Assembly (NCBI RefSeq): GCF_000315625.1
Contig: NW_005434565.1
Coordinates: 24,499-88,498, forward strand
DNA length: 64,000 bases
Reading direction: 5' to 3'
Source of the DNA: Guillardia theta CCMP2712
Lineage: Eukaryota; Protista; Cryptophyta
Part shown: positions 15,001 to 27,635 of the stretch, piece after piece
How the letters are laid out: the number at the start of each line of letters is the position of its first letter
Numbering within the stretch: the first letter of the stretch is position 1
Position numbers and translations under genes: made by a program
Notes under the pieces: model-generated
What the model saw: only the letters and a program-made list of their open reading frames with translations
What the model was told of the DNA's origin: nothing
The model's database searches: none

Positions 15001-17388
15001 TGCAATAAACGAGGTCATCGGAAAACCAGCGAGCACTTGTACATTCCGAAATTCCTATGAAAATCCGTGGAACCAGCAAAGAAACATACCCTAGCGTTTG
15101 GCAAACAGTAACATTCTTTTCATCTGTCTTGCAATAGATTTCTTTGGTGTTGAGTTTCCCGAAGTTTTTCCCCCTGATCCACACTTCTTGTAGACCAAAC
15201 GTAGGAGAACAAGCTGGTTCGATTGAGAAGATGGACGGAACATCGAAGGAGAGGATACCTTCTGACGTCAACTCTTGGTCAGAGACCTGAACTATGATTT
15301 GGAGTTCCTTGCCAAACCCAGCCGGTGCTCTGCAGATGAGACAGCTCTCTGAAGCCCAATGTGTGAATGGGCAAGAAACGAGACCATTTGGCCTCATGAC
15401 TAGCAAGTTTGGAGTGTAATCCTGAGCTCCAAAATTGGAGCCGATCACCGTCAAGTTCACCATGCCAGTGCCTGGAAGATTGGAAGGAGCAAGCTGATGT
15501 ATTCGCATGCTGGCAAAGGAGAAGGACGAAGATAACGTTCTGAAACATGCAGGGCCGTCAGAGAGCCAATTGTGGATACACTGAAGGTCACCCGAGCATG
15601 TTAGACGAGGAAAGCATAACAGGGAGGTCCTTGCCAACTCCTGAAGGGACTAGAGACGTCAGCACCGTCTCGGATGTCCAATCAGTGCTTTCGCTGGACG
15701 TTTTCCTATTCATCGATAAAGCAAGGGAGATTATCAAAAGTGAGCAACGCGATGAAACATCTCGTACCCTGTCCTAGATTTGGAAGAAGTTGAATACAGG
15801 CCAAAATTTGTGCCAAAGATGGAAATATTTCCACTTGACTCAAGGTGAGCAGGATCACTTCATTAGACAAATAGCCAATTACCTCGTGAAGTTGCTTGCA
15901 AAGGAGATTGTAGCAAATGAAACCTCGGGTGTATCAATCGAAACACCCATATGAAGACTCCCCGTCAGAATGCCTTTAAAGAATGGTCAGAGGACTAAGA
16001 CGTGAGCAAGGTATGATCACCAACTGTGACGATTTGTCGGCGTGAACTATGCTCTCTTGCACTTGCAAACCTGCGATGCTTTTCAGAGTCTTTTACTTCT
16101 TCATCGCTCGCATGTTTCATTTCCCAACCTGACAGTCAAGCTTGTGTCTGTGATCCATTCTGTTCTTTCACTTGCACTGCATGAAGAGCTTCGTTGAGAT
16201 TGATCAGTCATGCCAAAATTGGTGCCCCAGATCATCAAGTCCTCTTCGCTGTGCGTGGCAGTGTTGCCCAACAGATAGGGGACAAATCTTGAGTTTGCGT
16301 TGTCATATGAAAATGATTTAGTGAGAGAGCCTGTGACCAGAACAATCAACATGACAAGATGTATCGGGATAAAACACCGTCAACTAAATTTGACGTGACC
16401 ACAGCTGTCAATGAGCTTGAAACGCCAGCAGCTGTGGGATGTTTGAGACAGATCCACAACATATATATATCAATCAACCAATTTTGCAAACAATCGTTGA
16501 ATCAGATTTCCAAATGGACGTTTCGATTGTGGTGAATCCAAACTTCGATGAAAGTCAATGACAAGATCATCAGAAATATGACAGACATCGTACCATCACC
16601 CTGGGTGTCACATCCCAGATGACAAAATCCTTGCCATGTAAACCAATCATGCCGGGGATGGGAGGCTTGTCTATGTACTGCCCCTACAGATCAGAGAGAA
16701 AATAGATGAAACAAAGAATCGTGACACACAAATGAGAGGATTGGACTCCTAGCTGACCCATGAGTTGGCAAGTTGCTTGACGTCACATAGCTATCGGATC
16801 TTCGTCAGCTGCCTCTTCTCCACCCCCTCCACCCTCATACCCTTACCTGCACTCGCCCCAGCAGCTCTCAACGCAGAAGCCGCATGCGGAATCCCACACG
16901 CACCACCCATGATTAAAGCCCCCGACTGCATAGGTGGCACAGTCACCCCACCAGCTGTGTTCGCTAGCAAGCCATGCTTCGTTTTGATCGGTTCGTGGAA
17001 GTGAGCCAACCGCCTCTAATGTTGGCCCATCAAATTCTACAATGCCCTGTGCCAGATTTTCAGTATGAAACTACCTGCATGGTGAACAGAATCTTGCCTG
17101 CACGACAGGCGTGTCAGGAGAGGGCAAGCTGATCGCTTCATATGGCCTCGTCTGCAGGCACGTGACTGTCGTCTCGTTGAGCCATGCGGTGGAGCGGCAT
17201 GGCGTCCCACCCAGCACGAGAGCGGGACTTGCATCGAGATTTTGACCGAAGAAAGTGAAGACGAGAGGCTGTACTGTATGCCATGGTGCGTTGGATGGAA
17301 GAATATCTGTTGAGTTCAGTTGAAGGTGATCAAATGTGATCACAGATTCGACAAGAACCAAACACAAGATGATGAGACGGAACTTCAT
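1..17388 (-). CDS. Giant secreted/cell-surface repeat protein (IPT/TIG-like and other beta-sandwich repeats), multi-exon, 3' end beyond window start
   Basis: Chain of long minus-strand ORFs (747, 1428, 516, 824, 129, 184, 1124 aa) joined by ~45-nt GT-AG introns (e.g. ~3974-4017 and ~598-640). N-terminal signal peptide MKFRLIILCLVLVES at 17388. Dozens of ~90-aa repeats with G-x-N-F-G ... C ... W-x-S-D-[ST] ... G-x-G ... F-S-Y-D, plus a central block of ITISGL/WN..G.L/FSF.L.N repeats. Confidence 0.85.
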
Positions 17389-17839
17389 AACCTGTCAAAG
17401 TTAGCAGCCAAGAATATGAAATTACATCCAGGGAGAAAAAGGGTGACCAACCCTTACCCTACAAGCTCGATATGAACCATTACGCCTCATCCTCCAAGCT
17501 CGCCCTCACCCTCCCAAGCATCACACATGGGATGGGACTCTCTGGTGTAGAAGTGTAGGGCTTGTATTTTGAATTTGCATTGATTATTTCAAATTTTCGC
17601 CTTCTATTTGACATTTTGTCGGAACATTTGGGAGCTGCTCGTGGACCAGCTTGTCAATCAAGTTTGACTCGTATTGGACGTTGCATTATCCGTTACATTC
17701 CTGGATTGTGATCCTGTATATTATATATTATTATAAATCAAGAAGTATTTTTAGTAATAAAAGTATTTTTTGCAGTAGAGCGGAACTTGACAATGCAAAC
17801 TCAGCAAGGAGACGCGAGCAAGCAAGCTTCGTCTCAAGG

Positions 17840-19691
17840 ATGAGACCGGTGAGAGCATACAGCTCGAGAACGAATGCGGATAGAATGGCAGGTATGCGAG
17901 AGGGGACGAGCAGAAACAAGAGGAGAAAGAATCTGATACCAAGACATGACGAAAGATCAGGACCTTGACGTGAATGGCGATTGGCTGTCAGGCTACTCAA
18001 AGATCCACGAAGGCATTATCTCAGGCACATTTCCAGGTCAGAGTTTCTGACAGAACAAAGCTCCCTCTCGTCATATGAATTGATTTAATCTCAGCTCATC
18101 GTCGTAGATTTGCCGTCTGGACATGCTCGGAGCTCAACGTTCCTGTGAGCCCTGAATCAACAGCGCGATGTGCAGGCAGGCAGGTAAACTTTAGAGACCT
18201 AGCTGACACTTGAGCATGCAGGCTTGGCCAACCGCCTGTTAGGCATCATCTCTGCGTTCCTCTATGCCATCCTCACTGAGCGAGCGCTGATCATCGAGTG
18301 GCCTGGGGACGAGGCCTCTCACCTCGCAAACTTTCTGTATTCTCCTTACTTGAGGTGGAACGCAACGAGATCAACATGGTCCCATTTGGTCTCCTCCGCC
18401 TCTCGCGACCCTTTCTGATCCCTGACAGGACGCTATATCTCTTGACACACGTGTGGGATCTGGACGAAGTGGATGGCTGGGCGTGCGACGGTCAACTGAA
18501 GATGATCCTATCGCATCTTGACAGTGACGCAGAGAGTTACGAACTTTCCATTGGCTGAACGACCACAAAGCTTCTGTTGTCAAGCTCACGCTCTTGGAAG
18601 GTCCAATAGTATGCGAGAAGTGTGATTAGACTGAAATACTGCTTCAGGTTACTTTGATGATCTTCTACAAAACCCGAATCTGGCAGCTGCCTGTCTGTAT
18701 GTCTACCAGCTTCTTCCGAGTGAACAGTTTAATTTCTCTTTAGCTACGGTCTTAATCTCAAGACCTCGGACGAGGTTTTGGGACGTTTGGGAAGAATTCT
18801 TTTTCATGCCCACAATTCTCTCGACGATGACATCATGGCGCGATCTGTCGGCAGTACTTTTCGTCTGGGCGTTCAGATTCGCATCGGCATGGTGAGACAA
18901 ACAGGACGAGCCTGGAACCAGAGAAGCTGAATTGTGCAGTTCGAGGCAGGAGCTATGGGGATCGGAATGACCGAGCTTGAGCGATTCCGTGTGAAGCTCC
19001 TAAAAGTCCTTGCCAAACTTTCCCAAAAGCATTCCTCGACCTTGATCGTCCTCGCCTGTGACTCCTTAGAAGTATCTGACGCAGAAACATTCAGAGTTGA
19101 ACTTGCTGTCAGGCAATAGCGCTCGCAAAGAGTTGGAACCTCAACGTAAACGGAATGACTGTCAGAATTTCAAGCTCCTCCTCCGCCATCGGAAGGTTCC
19201 GATGCTTCGTCGAGCGCTGAGCTAACATGCGAGCAGTGTTGACTTCAATCAATCCTCGGCTATCATGGCAAGTACAATCTTCGACTTCTGGTCCCTTGCG
19301 GTTTGCGATGAAGTTTTAGTATCTGTGAGCTGACGGGGAGAGGCACACGGATATCTTGACGCTGCTGCGAGCAGGTACCGTCGACCTTTGGTCTCGTCGC
19401 AAGGTTGTTGAACCTCACAGGAAGTGTCGAGCACTTCGCGTTCCTGCGATCCGATTGGGAGGCTGTTGTGAGTGATCGTTAGCTTACCCGGGAGCCGCTC
19501 ACTCGATGGCAGTTGTGGAACAAATACGCTGCCATTATGGCTGAAGGTGAGGAGGAGCGAGAGCTGCTTGTTGCTAACAATTCACAGATGAGCATGTGGA
19601 TTATAAGAGAATATTTGGAAGAGCTTTCTGCAGTACAGTAGGTTGGACCGGAGATCTCTGCCTGCATGAGGAGGTAGACTTTGGAACTTGA
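17840..19691 (+). CDS. Fucosyltransferase-like glycosyltransferase (GT37/GT23-type fold), multi-exon; start uncertain
   Basis: Spliced peptides GLANRLLGIISAFLYAILTERALII (like plant GT37 GLGNR..SAFLYALLT.R), LGVQIR, LIVLACDS and ILDFWSLAVCDEVLVS...STFGLVA match the three conserved GDP-fucose-binding motifs of alpha-fucosyltransferases. Confidence 0.75.
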
Positions 19692-19836
19692 GAAACATGA
19701 GGTCGGCAGTCAATAGTCAAGTCACGTGAAAACTTTACATAGACGTGAAACGCTGAATTTAACAAGCATTATGACTTTTGTACAATTATCTGCATTTCAG
19801 TTAGGAGACTACCGAACAGTCACGACTTCGGACGAC

Positions 19837-22772
19837 TTACTTGCGTGATGGCGGAGGAGCAAGGCTTGGAACAGGTGCAGCCTTATGTATCGTCAACAGC
19901 GGTAGCAAAACACGCTTTGGCATTCTCACCGGTAGAGGAGGCAATGGGTTGGAAGATGCCTGCGGCGTAGCTTCTATGCTCACCAGAGTAGGAGGAGGTG
20001 CGATATTCTGCTGCTTGGGCTCCGTTACGCCGAGAGCATACTCATGAAGACTCTCCCCAAGGACTTGAGCCTCATCATCGTCATCTCCAAGTCCAAAGTC
20101 TTCGTCATCCAGATCCGGTCCGTCCGCCAGCCCCATGTACCTCGCCGAAGACCCTCCGCCAAACCCTCCGAAGAAGTTCGAACTGGCATGGGCCCCACCG
20201 CGGAAGAAGTCAAGGCAGTCTGCCGCAGATGTCCATGGATCAGCGAAACCCTTTCAACAATTATCAGCCTGAAGAGAAACAAGCAAGAGAATTGATCACC
20301 TGTTCTTTTCGTCGGATGTACGTGAACCACGCGAAAACAGTCGCTAAAGCCACCATGGCGAACAAGATCACCATTCCAGTTCGACCAAAACCAGGACAGC
20401 TCTGGATGACTGGTTCCAATTCACTTGCTACAGAACCGCCGACACAGGAGTCTCCCGGAACCCTTCGATAGCCCTAGAGGACTACGTAAGCGACGGGCAA
20501 GTCAAGATATCACTCAATACCTTGGTGATCACAAAGTATCCGCTGCAATCCTGAGGAGCTCCAAACCCGACTTCGGGCATATCTGGCACTCGCACACACT
20601 CCTTCTTCTCATTCATTTGAAACCCAAAGTCGCACTCGAAGTCAACACGTGTGCATTCGCAGTTGACCTTCGATTCCCGTCGATCGTAGTCCCATCCGTT
20701 GAAACACTGCACAGCTCGTTTCCTTCTAGTGTACGTCACTTTCCTGCCGAGCAGACAGTTGCCAGAGCGCAAAGCATCAGCAGGGGTCCATTCTTCATAG
20801 TCACTTGCATCAGAGCCTGGAGCATTGATTCCTGCACACCGCCTCTCATGCAGAGTCTCAAAATTCAGCTGCATCAAAACTCCCTTGTCGTTTCGGCGGC
20901 CATACAAAATGAAAATCTGACTGGTACCCGAGGGTTCCGTGATGATATTTTCCACCTCGATATGATGTTCCCAAAACTTGAAATCTGTCCAGTTGAGCCC
21001 TTCATTCCACGAATACCTGACCGTGTTCGTCGCCTCTCGGTTGTTTGCCATAATCATCAATGCACCGTGGTCTCCGAACTCATAGATAAAACTTCCTTTG
21101 GTTATTTGCTCCCAAGTTCGACCGGCATCACGGCTGAAGTATGTATTGATTTCATCTTGCCTTCGATGAAGATGATGCCCGACATTCCCAGTGGCCATTA
21201 TCAACCCAGTCGAAGATACCGAACTGTAGACAGGACCCAGGAATCCCGATGTCTTTCCATTCAGATGAAGAGAACAGCCATCACACTAAACGTTCGATCA
21301 TTCTATGAGTCAAGTTTCGACACACCATAGAGATTTGAAATTCACCACGATCGGTCTTCCAAGGTGATCATTTGTCGGTGGCGTCAGATCTTTCCACATC
21401 GCGCCTTTATCATAGGAAATCACAGTCTTCGTCGGAACCATTCCATCTTCCTGTGGGCAAAGAAGATCAAATGTCACAAAAAGTGCTTAACAGAAATAAA
21501 GAAAAAGACTAGAAAGTTAAATTAATCTTGTGTGTTAGAACCACATTTAGGTTTAGAAATACCGACTGGAGACCACCGAACAGTTTCAGTTCTGGCTCTA
21601 CGCTGGTGTCTGCGACGTTCGCTATATACACTCCGTCGACACCATTGATCCGTTCAAAATCACTTAGGCCGCGATAGTCTTTGACAACAGCTCTGCAAAT
21701 CGGTAGGGTGATCATGAAGTACAATAAGTCTTACATGCACAACCTGAGGGACAGGGTGTATGAGCTTCCTTCTGGGCCAGACATGTAAACGTTAGCAAAT
21801 TGTCTGTCCCTTGAGCTATGCGAGACTTGCACAAACACGGATCCTTCCTTGGAATCAACAACACGGTATGACCTCTCGGACAACTGCATTGCTGTCAAGA
21901 CTCTTGTTAATTAACTCCAAAGTAACCTGATAGGGAAACTGAGCAGTCTTAAACATCTTGCCACCATCCGCACTGACGTGAAGCTTGACTTCTAGCTCCT
22001 CTTCCGGATTCATAGCTGCCACGAACCAATATGGGCGGTGTAAAGCAAATCGATTTCCGTGCGGTACTACTATGTCGCTATTCTTGAAGAAATCGTGTGA
22101 AATCACAAAGTCCACATTCGGATCCCATTCCGCAAAATTCTTTTTTGCCGGTGCATCCTGCTTTCGAACGCATGCAAAAATGGTCTTCTCATTGAAACCT
22201 TTGATCTTGGGATCTGCCCACTCAAATTGAAAAACTCTTGACACTATTTTTTTCCAGCTTTGACCAAAGTCAACAGAGAGAAAAAGAGAAAGGTATCGAT
22301 CTGGAAATGATCCTTCATATTTACTCGCAAGGATCCATTCAGCTTGGCTTGGGTGTAATTTGATCTCATTCATGATACCAAACTCTCTCTTCGTATACGT
22401 TTCCCCTTGGTTCTTGGTGAACCAATTGCTTTCACCATAACCTTTCATGACGGCGTACTTGGGATCAGCATGACTGAATATCATCTGTTGGATTCGAGTC
22501 TGATATTGCTCCTCATCAGTTGAGACCATCTTGTCTCGCTGACTGACCCAATTCATCCCATCATCTACACTTCTATAGATACTGCCTCGGGCCGATCGAA
22601 CAAAAACTGTCTTAGCATTTGGCTTTGCATCCTTCAACGTACTATTCACCCACTGCATGTCAGTGACCTGACTGTCAATGAGGAATGGCCTCGAAGTAGT
22701 TATCTTGCCACCATTCGCCAAGCAAGAAAAGAGGAGAAAGTAGCTGAGGATGGAGAGCCTTCCTAAATTCAT
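19837..22772 (-). CDS. VPS10: Vps10/sortilin-family sorting receptor, multi-exon
   Basis: Signal peptide; BNR/Asp-box repeats (RSVDDGMNW, SVDFGQSW, SRDAGRTW, SWNEGLNW); 10CC Cys module (CLLGRKVTYTRRK...CECTRVDFECDFGF...GYRRVPGDSCVGG); one TM helix (VILFAMVALATVFAWF); acidic cytosolic tail. Confidence 0.92.
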
Positions 22773-23932
22773 GTTTGCGCGCATATGTTGAATCAGCTTT
22801 AGCACTTTGTATCCATTCCAAGTTTACTCATGTCTCGTCCAAACCTAGTAAACAACCATTAATTCGTTTCATGGTTACATACTTTGAGGTATGTTGCACG
22901 AAATCAAGCATCTGGTCTATCTCTTCAATGACATCAAATTGCTTCAAATTACAAGAGCCAGAACAAGAGCAAGAGACATCAGCCTGGACGAGAGAAGAGG
23001 GGACATCATCGTTTCGCACATGGACATTTGAGGATGAAGCACTAAATGGAATGCCCGAGAAGTGATGTCACAAACTGAGTCACAAAGGTGGCGCAGCTAC
23101 AGCCAAACCATTTTCAACAGGTCGCAACAGTAGAGGTTGAGGCTCTCAGAGGAGAGGAGAGAGCACGACAACTCAGGACAACTAAGAGGTCAAGGAGGTA
23201 ATGCATCAGCGAAAGGAGGAGGAGAAGGTTGCAAGCGATCAGAGCCATTTTCTTGGCTCGACCGCCTCATGACAACCACGCTGCCATGCCAGCTGTCCTG
23301 GTGACGAAAACGTCTATCACAATGGGGGTAGGGTCAAATTTATTGCAACGGAAAGGGTAGGGTGGAATTAACCACAATTGTAGTGTAATAAACTAGGGTG
23401 GGGTATATCACCCCACCCTGCTTTTTTCAAGGACTGGCAGCTTGTGCTTAGGGTGGCTTGCCTCTGGTAGGGTCCATAGGGCAGAGCGGGGAGGAGGGCA
23501 TCACAGTTGCGCGGGGATGAGGGCGAGACTGGCGGCCATGGCAGGGTAGAACAGATAGAGAAAGATGAGGACTCGGGAGACAGACAAGACGGAGAGAGGA
23601 CGGTGAGAAAGCGAGGTAACATTAAGATGGTAGAATGTGAGATGGTGAAAGTTAAGATGATAGAATGTGGGTAATGACTCAAGACGTGGAGTAGACGAGA
23701 AAAAACATGCAAGCCGAGCACATGTACGAAGACCGTCCTTGACAGCATGAACAGATAAACAACATTCAGCCTCGTGGATAGCTTCTCTTCTTACTTTTTG
23801 GCTGACTATATTGAAAGAGGTGAAGTGGAAGATTCCTCGTATGATCAGATCTGCTATTTCGTTTCCACGTGAGTAGATGCCGTAAAGCTTGGAAAGCTGT
23901 GCTGAGCGTTTGGATCAGATCGAGGATGTGGC

Positions 23933-24501
23933 ATGAATTTTATGCTCAATGCTGTATCTCGGCATATGCACACTGATCCTTCAAGACAAAAGCTAAAAGA
24001 CGCAAAGAGAGTGGTGGTAAAGGTCGGCACTGCCGTGGTTGCCAACTCGGATGGAACGATGTCTTTGTCCAGGATGGGAGCTTTGGTGGAGAAGGTGGGA
24101 GGAGGAAGCAGATTTCATGCCATGACCTGATCTTGCCCTTCCTTCAGCTTCGTGAGCTCAAGTTGCAAGGACGAGAAGTTCTTCTTGTCAGCAGCGGAGC
24201 CATGGGACTTGGTCGGCAGAGTCTTGGACTCTCAAAGGAAGTTGTCGGTCTGTGCTCTAAGTGCTCTCTTTCTTGTCTGAGCTAAAGAAGGAAACCCGGA
24301 CAACATCATCGACAGACAAGCTTGTGCTGCTGCAGGACAAGAGCTGCTGATGAGGTCTGACATGTTGCAGCTGGAAAAGGGTTCTTTGTTTCATCTCCTG
24401 ATTCTTGTATGCAGCATGTATCACATGATGTTCAGTCGTCTCGACGTAAGGTGTGCCCAAGTCTTGATCACTCAGGTCGTGATCTCTTTCTCACTGTCTG
24501 T

Positions 24502-24539
<38 letters not shown>

Positions 24540-25757
24540 CTCTGGCGGTCGGTCTGGTTGGAAGTGACTGTGTCTTGCAGGAGGATTTCGTGTCGAGACA
24601 GAGATACATGCACCTGACTGACACTTTGGACAAACTTACTTCCTTGGGCACCATTCCCATCATCAACGAAAACGATGTCGTAACAGGTGGAGCACGAGGA
24701 GAGCAGGTGAGATTCTGTCGCCCTCCCCCTCCGCACGTTGATTTCCCTCCCAGGTGTTCAGCGACAACGACAAGCTTTCTGCTATCCTTGCAGCAGGAGC
24801 CGACGCTGACGGACTGGCTCTGTTGACAGACGTTGAAGCTGTCTTCACCAAGCCCCCGGGAGAGCCTGGAGCGGGTGAGGGGGCGAGGAGGACACGCCTC
24901 TGTGATCTCTTGTTGCTCAGAAAGGATAAAAATCTACAAGGAAGCTGATACAGTAGAGATCGGCGCTAAATCTGGCATGGGAAGAGGCGGCATGGCGGCA
25001 AAGATCACAGCAGCACGTGTTGCCGCACGAGGAGGGGTTGCCACGTGCATCGCATCAGGTGAGAGGGAACAGCAAAAGGAGGAGCAAAAGAAGGAGCTAA
25101 GACTGATGGTCAGGTTATGACCTGGAAAACATCACCAAAGTATTCGGAGGCCTCGATGTGGGAACATACTTCGAGCCTGACACGCGTCCCAACAAGCGGC
25201 AGAGGTCTCACAGGGGAGTTGAGCTGACACGGCACTGAGGAGCTGCTTAGGTGGCTGACGCTTGCGACCGAGTGCGTTGGGAAGCTGATCGTGGGGGCCA
25301 AATTCAGAGAAGCTCTAGAGGTGCCGGATAAGGTGTTGGGGAGATGTGCTGAGAGCTACTGTAGAGAGGGACAGATCCAACGCTCTACGTGTCCGACCTG
25401 ATCGGAGTCTCCGGATCGTTTCCTGTCCGTTCGGTCATCTCGCTGTGAGCGTCTTTGCGTCCCCGTGCTCTCCTCAACGCTCTGCTGACCTGCTCCTGCT
25501 CTGCAGCATCGACGAGGACGGACACGAGTTTGCAAGAGGTGAGCGACGCCCCCCGAGCTCGGCTGGAGTGAAGCTGTTGGCAGGCATCACACAGAAGAAG
25601 TCAGCGGAGATCAAGGATGCGCTTCCGACGTCAGCAGGTGACGCTTCTCCGTCTCCTCACGTGCTCGAGGGCTCACGCGCTGTCAGGCAAGCAGCACAGC
25701 ACCTTCACGACTGTCCATGTCGTCATTCAGCCTTCCGACATTCTTTTACTCGGATGA
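23933..25757 (+). CDS. proB: Glutamate 5-kinase (gamma-glutamyl kinase) with C-terminal PUA-like domain, multi-exon
   Basis: KRVVVKVGTAVV, LLVSSGA, ACAAAGQ, IPIINEND, FSDNDKLSA, LLTDVE and GMGRGGMAAKI motifs. C-terminal RQRWL...GKLIV...DEDGHEFARG resembles the ProB PUA domain. Stop TGA at 25755-25757. Confidence 0.9.
24502..24540 (+). repeat. (CTGG)n microsatellite in an intron of the glutamate kinase gene
   Basis: Direct reading: ctggctggctggctgg... Confidence 0.9.
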
Positions 25758-25954
25758 TTCGTGAAAATCTCGAATTCCACAGCAAAATTCGACATTATGT
25801 GATGGAAGCTCAACACAATAAACCAATCATATCGCAATCGTCGAGATATAACGCCGGGCCGCAGAGCAGTCGGTTGCTTACTCCCGTCCCTCTGCTAACC
25901 CTCAAGCTCTTCACTCCCTTCACAGTCCTAAGCCTCTCCCCCCATCCTCGTCCC

Positions 25955-27635
25955 TCACTCGTCATCCCCCTCGTCCAGCAAGGCGAATGGATTCTTGAAC
26001 GATTCCTTCTCCTTTGGAGGGGCTGCTGCCTCCGCCGCTTTCTTTGGCTCCTCTTTCTTCGGTGCTCTCTTCTGCGAACGCGGGGACATCAGTTGGCACC
26101 ATCGAGCAAGCAAGGCTCACCTCAGCAGCTGCTTCACCCGCCGCTTTTTTATCACCCCCGCTATGAGTATCTTGCGCGTTCCTCTTCTCGTGGTGATTTC
26201 CCGAAGTATTCTTGTCCTTGGGGAAACGCTTTTCCTTCCCTCCCTGTCCTTCACCATCCTTGAAGTCTTTGCCTTCTCTGCGCAAACGTCACTTCCCTCG
26301 TGGCGTTCGCAGCTCAACCAACCTGGGCGGCCTCTGCTCACGTCGAGGCTTCGGCTCAGGTGGCTTTGCGTTCTCTCGCCAGTCGCCCGGGAGATCTTTA
26401 GGCTCCTCGCGCTTCTTACCTGCACCACGTCCAGCTCCTTTCTCATCACGTTCAGCAAGCCTTCGCTTCTCCTCCTGTTCGCGTTTGCGTTCTTCCGCAC
26501 GGGCAGCTCTCTCTTCAGCCTTCCTGCGCTCATACTCTGCCTCGTCCCTTGGCTTGGCTTCTCCAAAAGGGTTCGATTTCTCCCGCCTGTCAGACTTGGC
26601 GTCCGAAGACTTGGCGTCTGAATCTGAGCCCTGAGTGTTAACGCTGGCCTGAAACCTCTTTGTCATCCAATCTGCGTCATTCTCGTCCAGATCAAACTCA
26701 GTCGCCTTGAGTCCAGGCCTGGCTCTGTCCCTCTCAACTTTACGTTCACGAGGAGGAGGACGTTCTGGACGAGATGGTGCACGGCTTTCCGCGACTTCAC
26801 AGCGAATGGGGCGGTCACGGAAAGGCTTTTCAAGAAGCATGGCGTTCCTGAGACTTTCTGCGTCCTCAAAATCGACGAAGATCATTTTGACCTTCCCCGA
26901 GTCCTTGTGCAACATTACTCTCACACTCTCCACTTTGATGGCATCGCCATCGTGGTAGTGCCTGCCGATCTCTCCCTCCGTGATGTCGAAGGCCACGCGC
27001 GGGTCGATCCCGATGAAGGCAGTGAATGGACCCTTCTCTGGGATTCTCGAGAGCATCTCCTCCGTGGGAGGCTCCCAGCTGTGGGAGGGAGGACCATCCC
27101 TCCTCCTGTCGCGATCGCGCGGGTAGCTATCTCTTGGAAAGTCGTCATAGTCCCTACGGTAGGAGCCTCCACGGTCAGGGTAACGACCTCCATCCATGCC
27201 GTCGTGCCGGTTGTCATCGAATCGGCCTCTTCCTCCACGATCGCGGTCCCCGCGATCGCGGCGGTCAGGCTCCATCCTGCCTCTGGACCCGAGGCCATCG
27301 CTACCACGAAGACCCCCTCCTCGGCCTTCGTCACGAGCATCTGGCACCGTGATGAGAGTTCTTGGTGACATGACGTAGTGCTCACCTCGATCTACATCTC
27401 GATTCTCGTTCTGAGGAGCGACATCAGCAGGCCCCTGGACACCAGTCAAGGGAGTTTACTGATCATTTCAGCCCTCAAGTACCTCGAAGTCCTCGAAGAC
27501 AACACCTGCGGGCTTCACAGGCTCAACCTTCTTCCAGGGATTGGCAGCAAGAGGAGGGACGTCGCTGAAATCGGGTTTCGCGTCCACATCCTCTGCATCA
27601 TCAGCCCAAGAGTTCGACCGGACCATACCCGACAT
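25955..27635 (-). CDS. eIF4B-like RRM protein, multi-exon
   Basis: N-terminal SWADD motif, RD/RG-rich region, RRM starting IPEKGPFTAFIG, KSNPFGEAKPRDE (NPFGxAKP typical of eIF4B/Tif3), charged tail ending KNPFALLDEGDDE*. Confidence 0.75.

Noticed and set aside
1-15637. Stop-interrupted ORFs as a pseudogene or alternative genetic code
   Set aside because: Every break I examined is bridged by a short canonical intron that restores the frame.
20425-21330. 301-aa plus-strand ORF
   Set aside because: Antisense shadow of the Vps10 exon.
25346-26634. Several overlapping plus-strand ORFs of 140-305 aa
   Set aside because: Composed of glutamate kinase introns and wrong-frame exons plus the antisense of the eIF4B-like gene.
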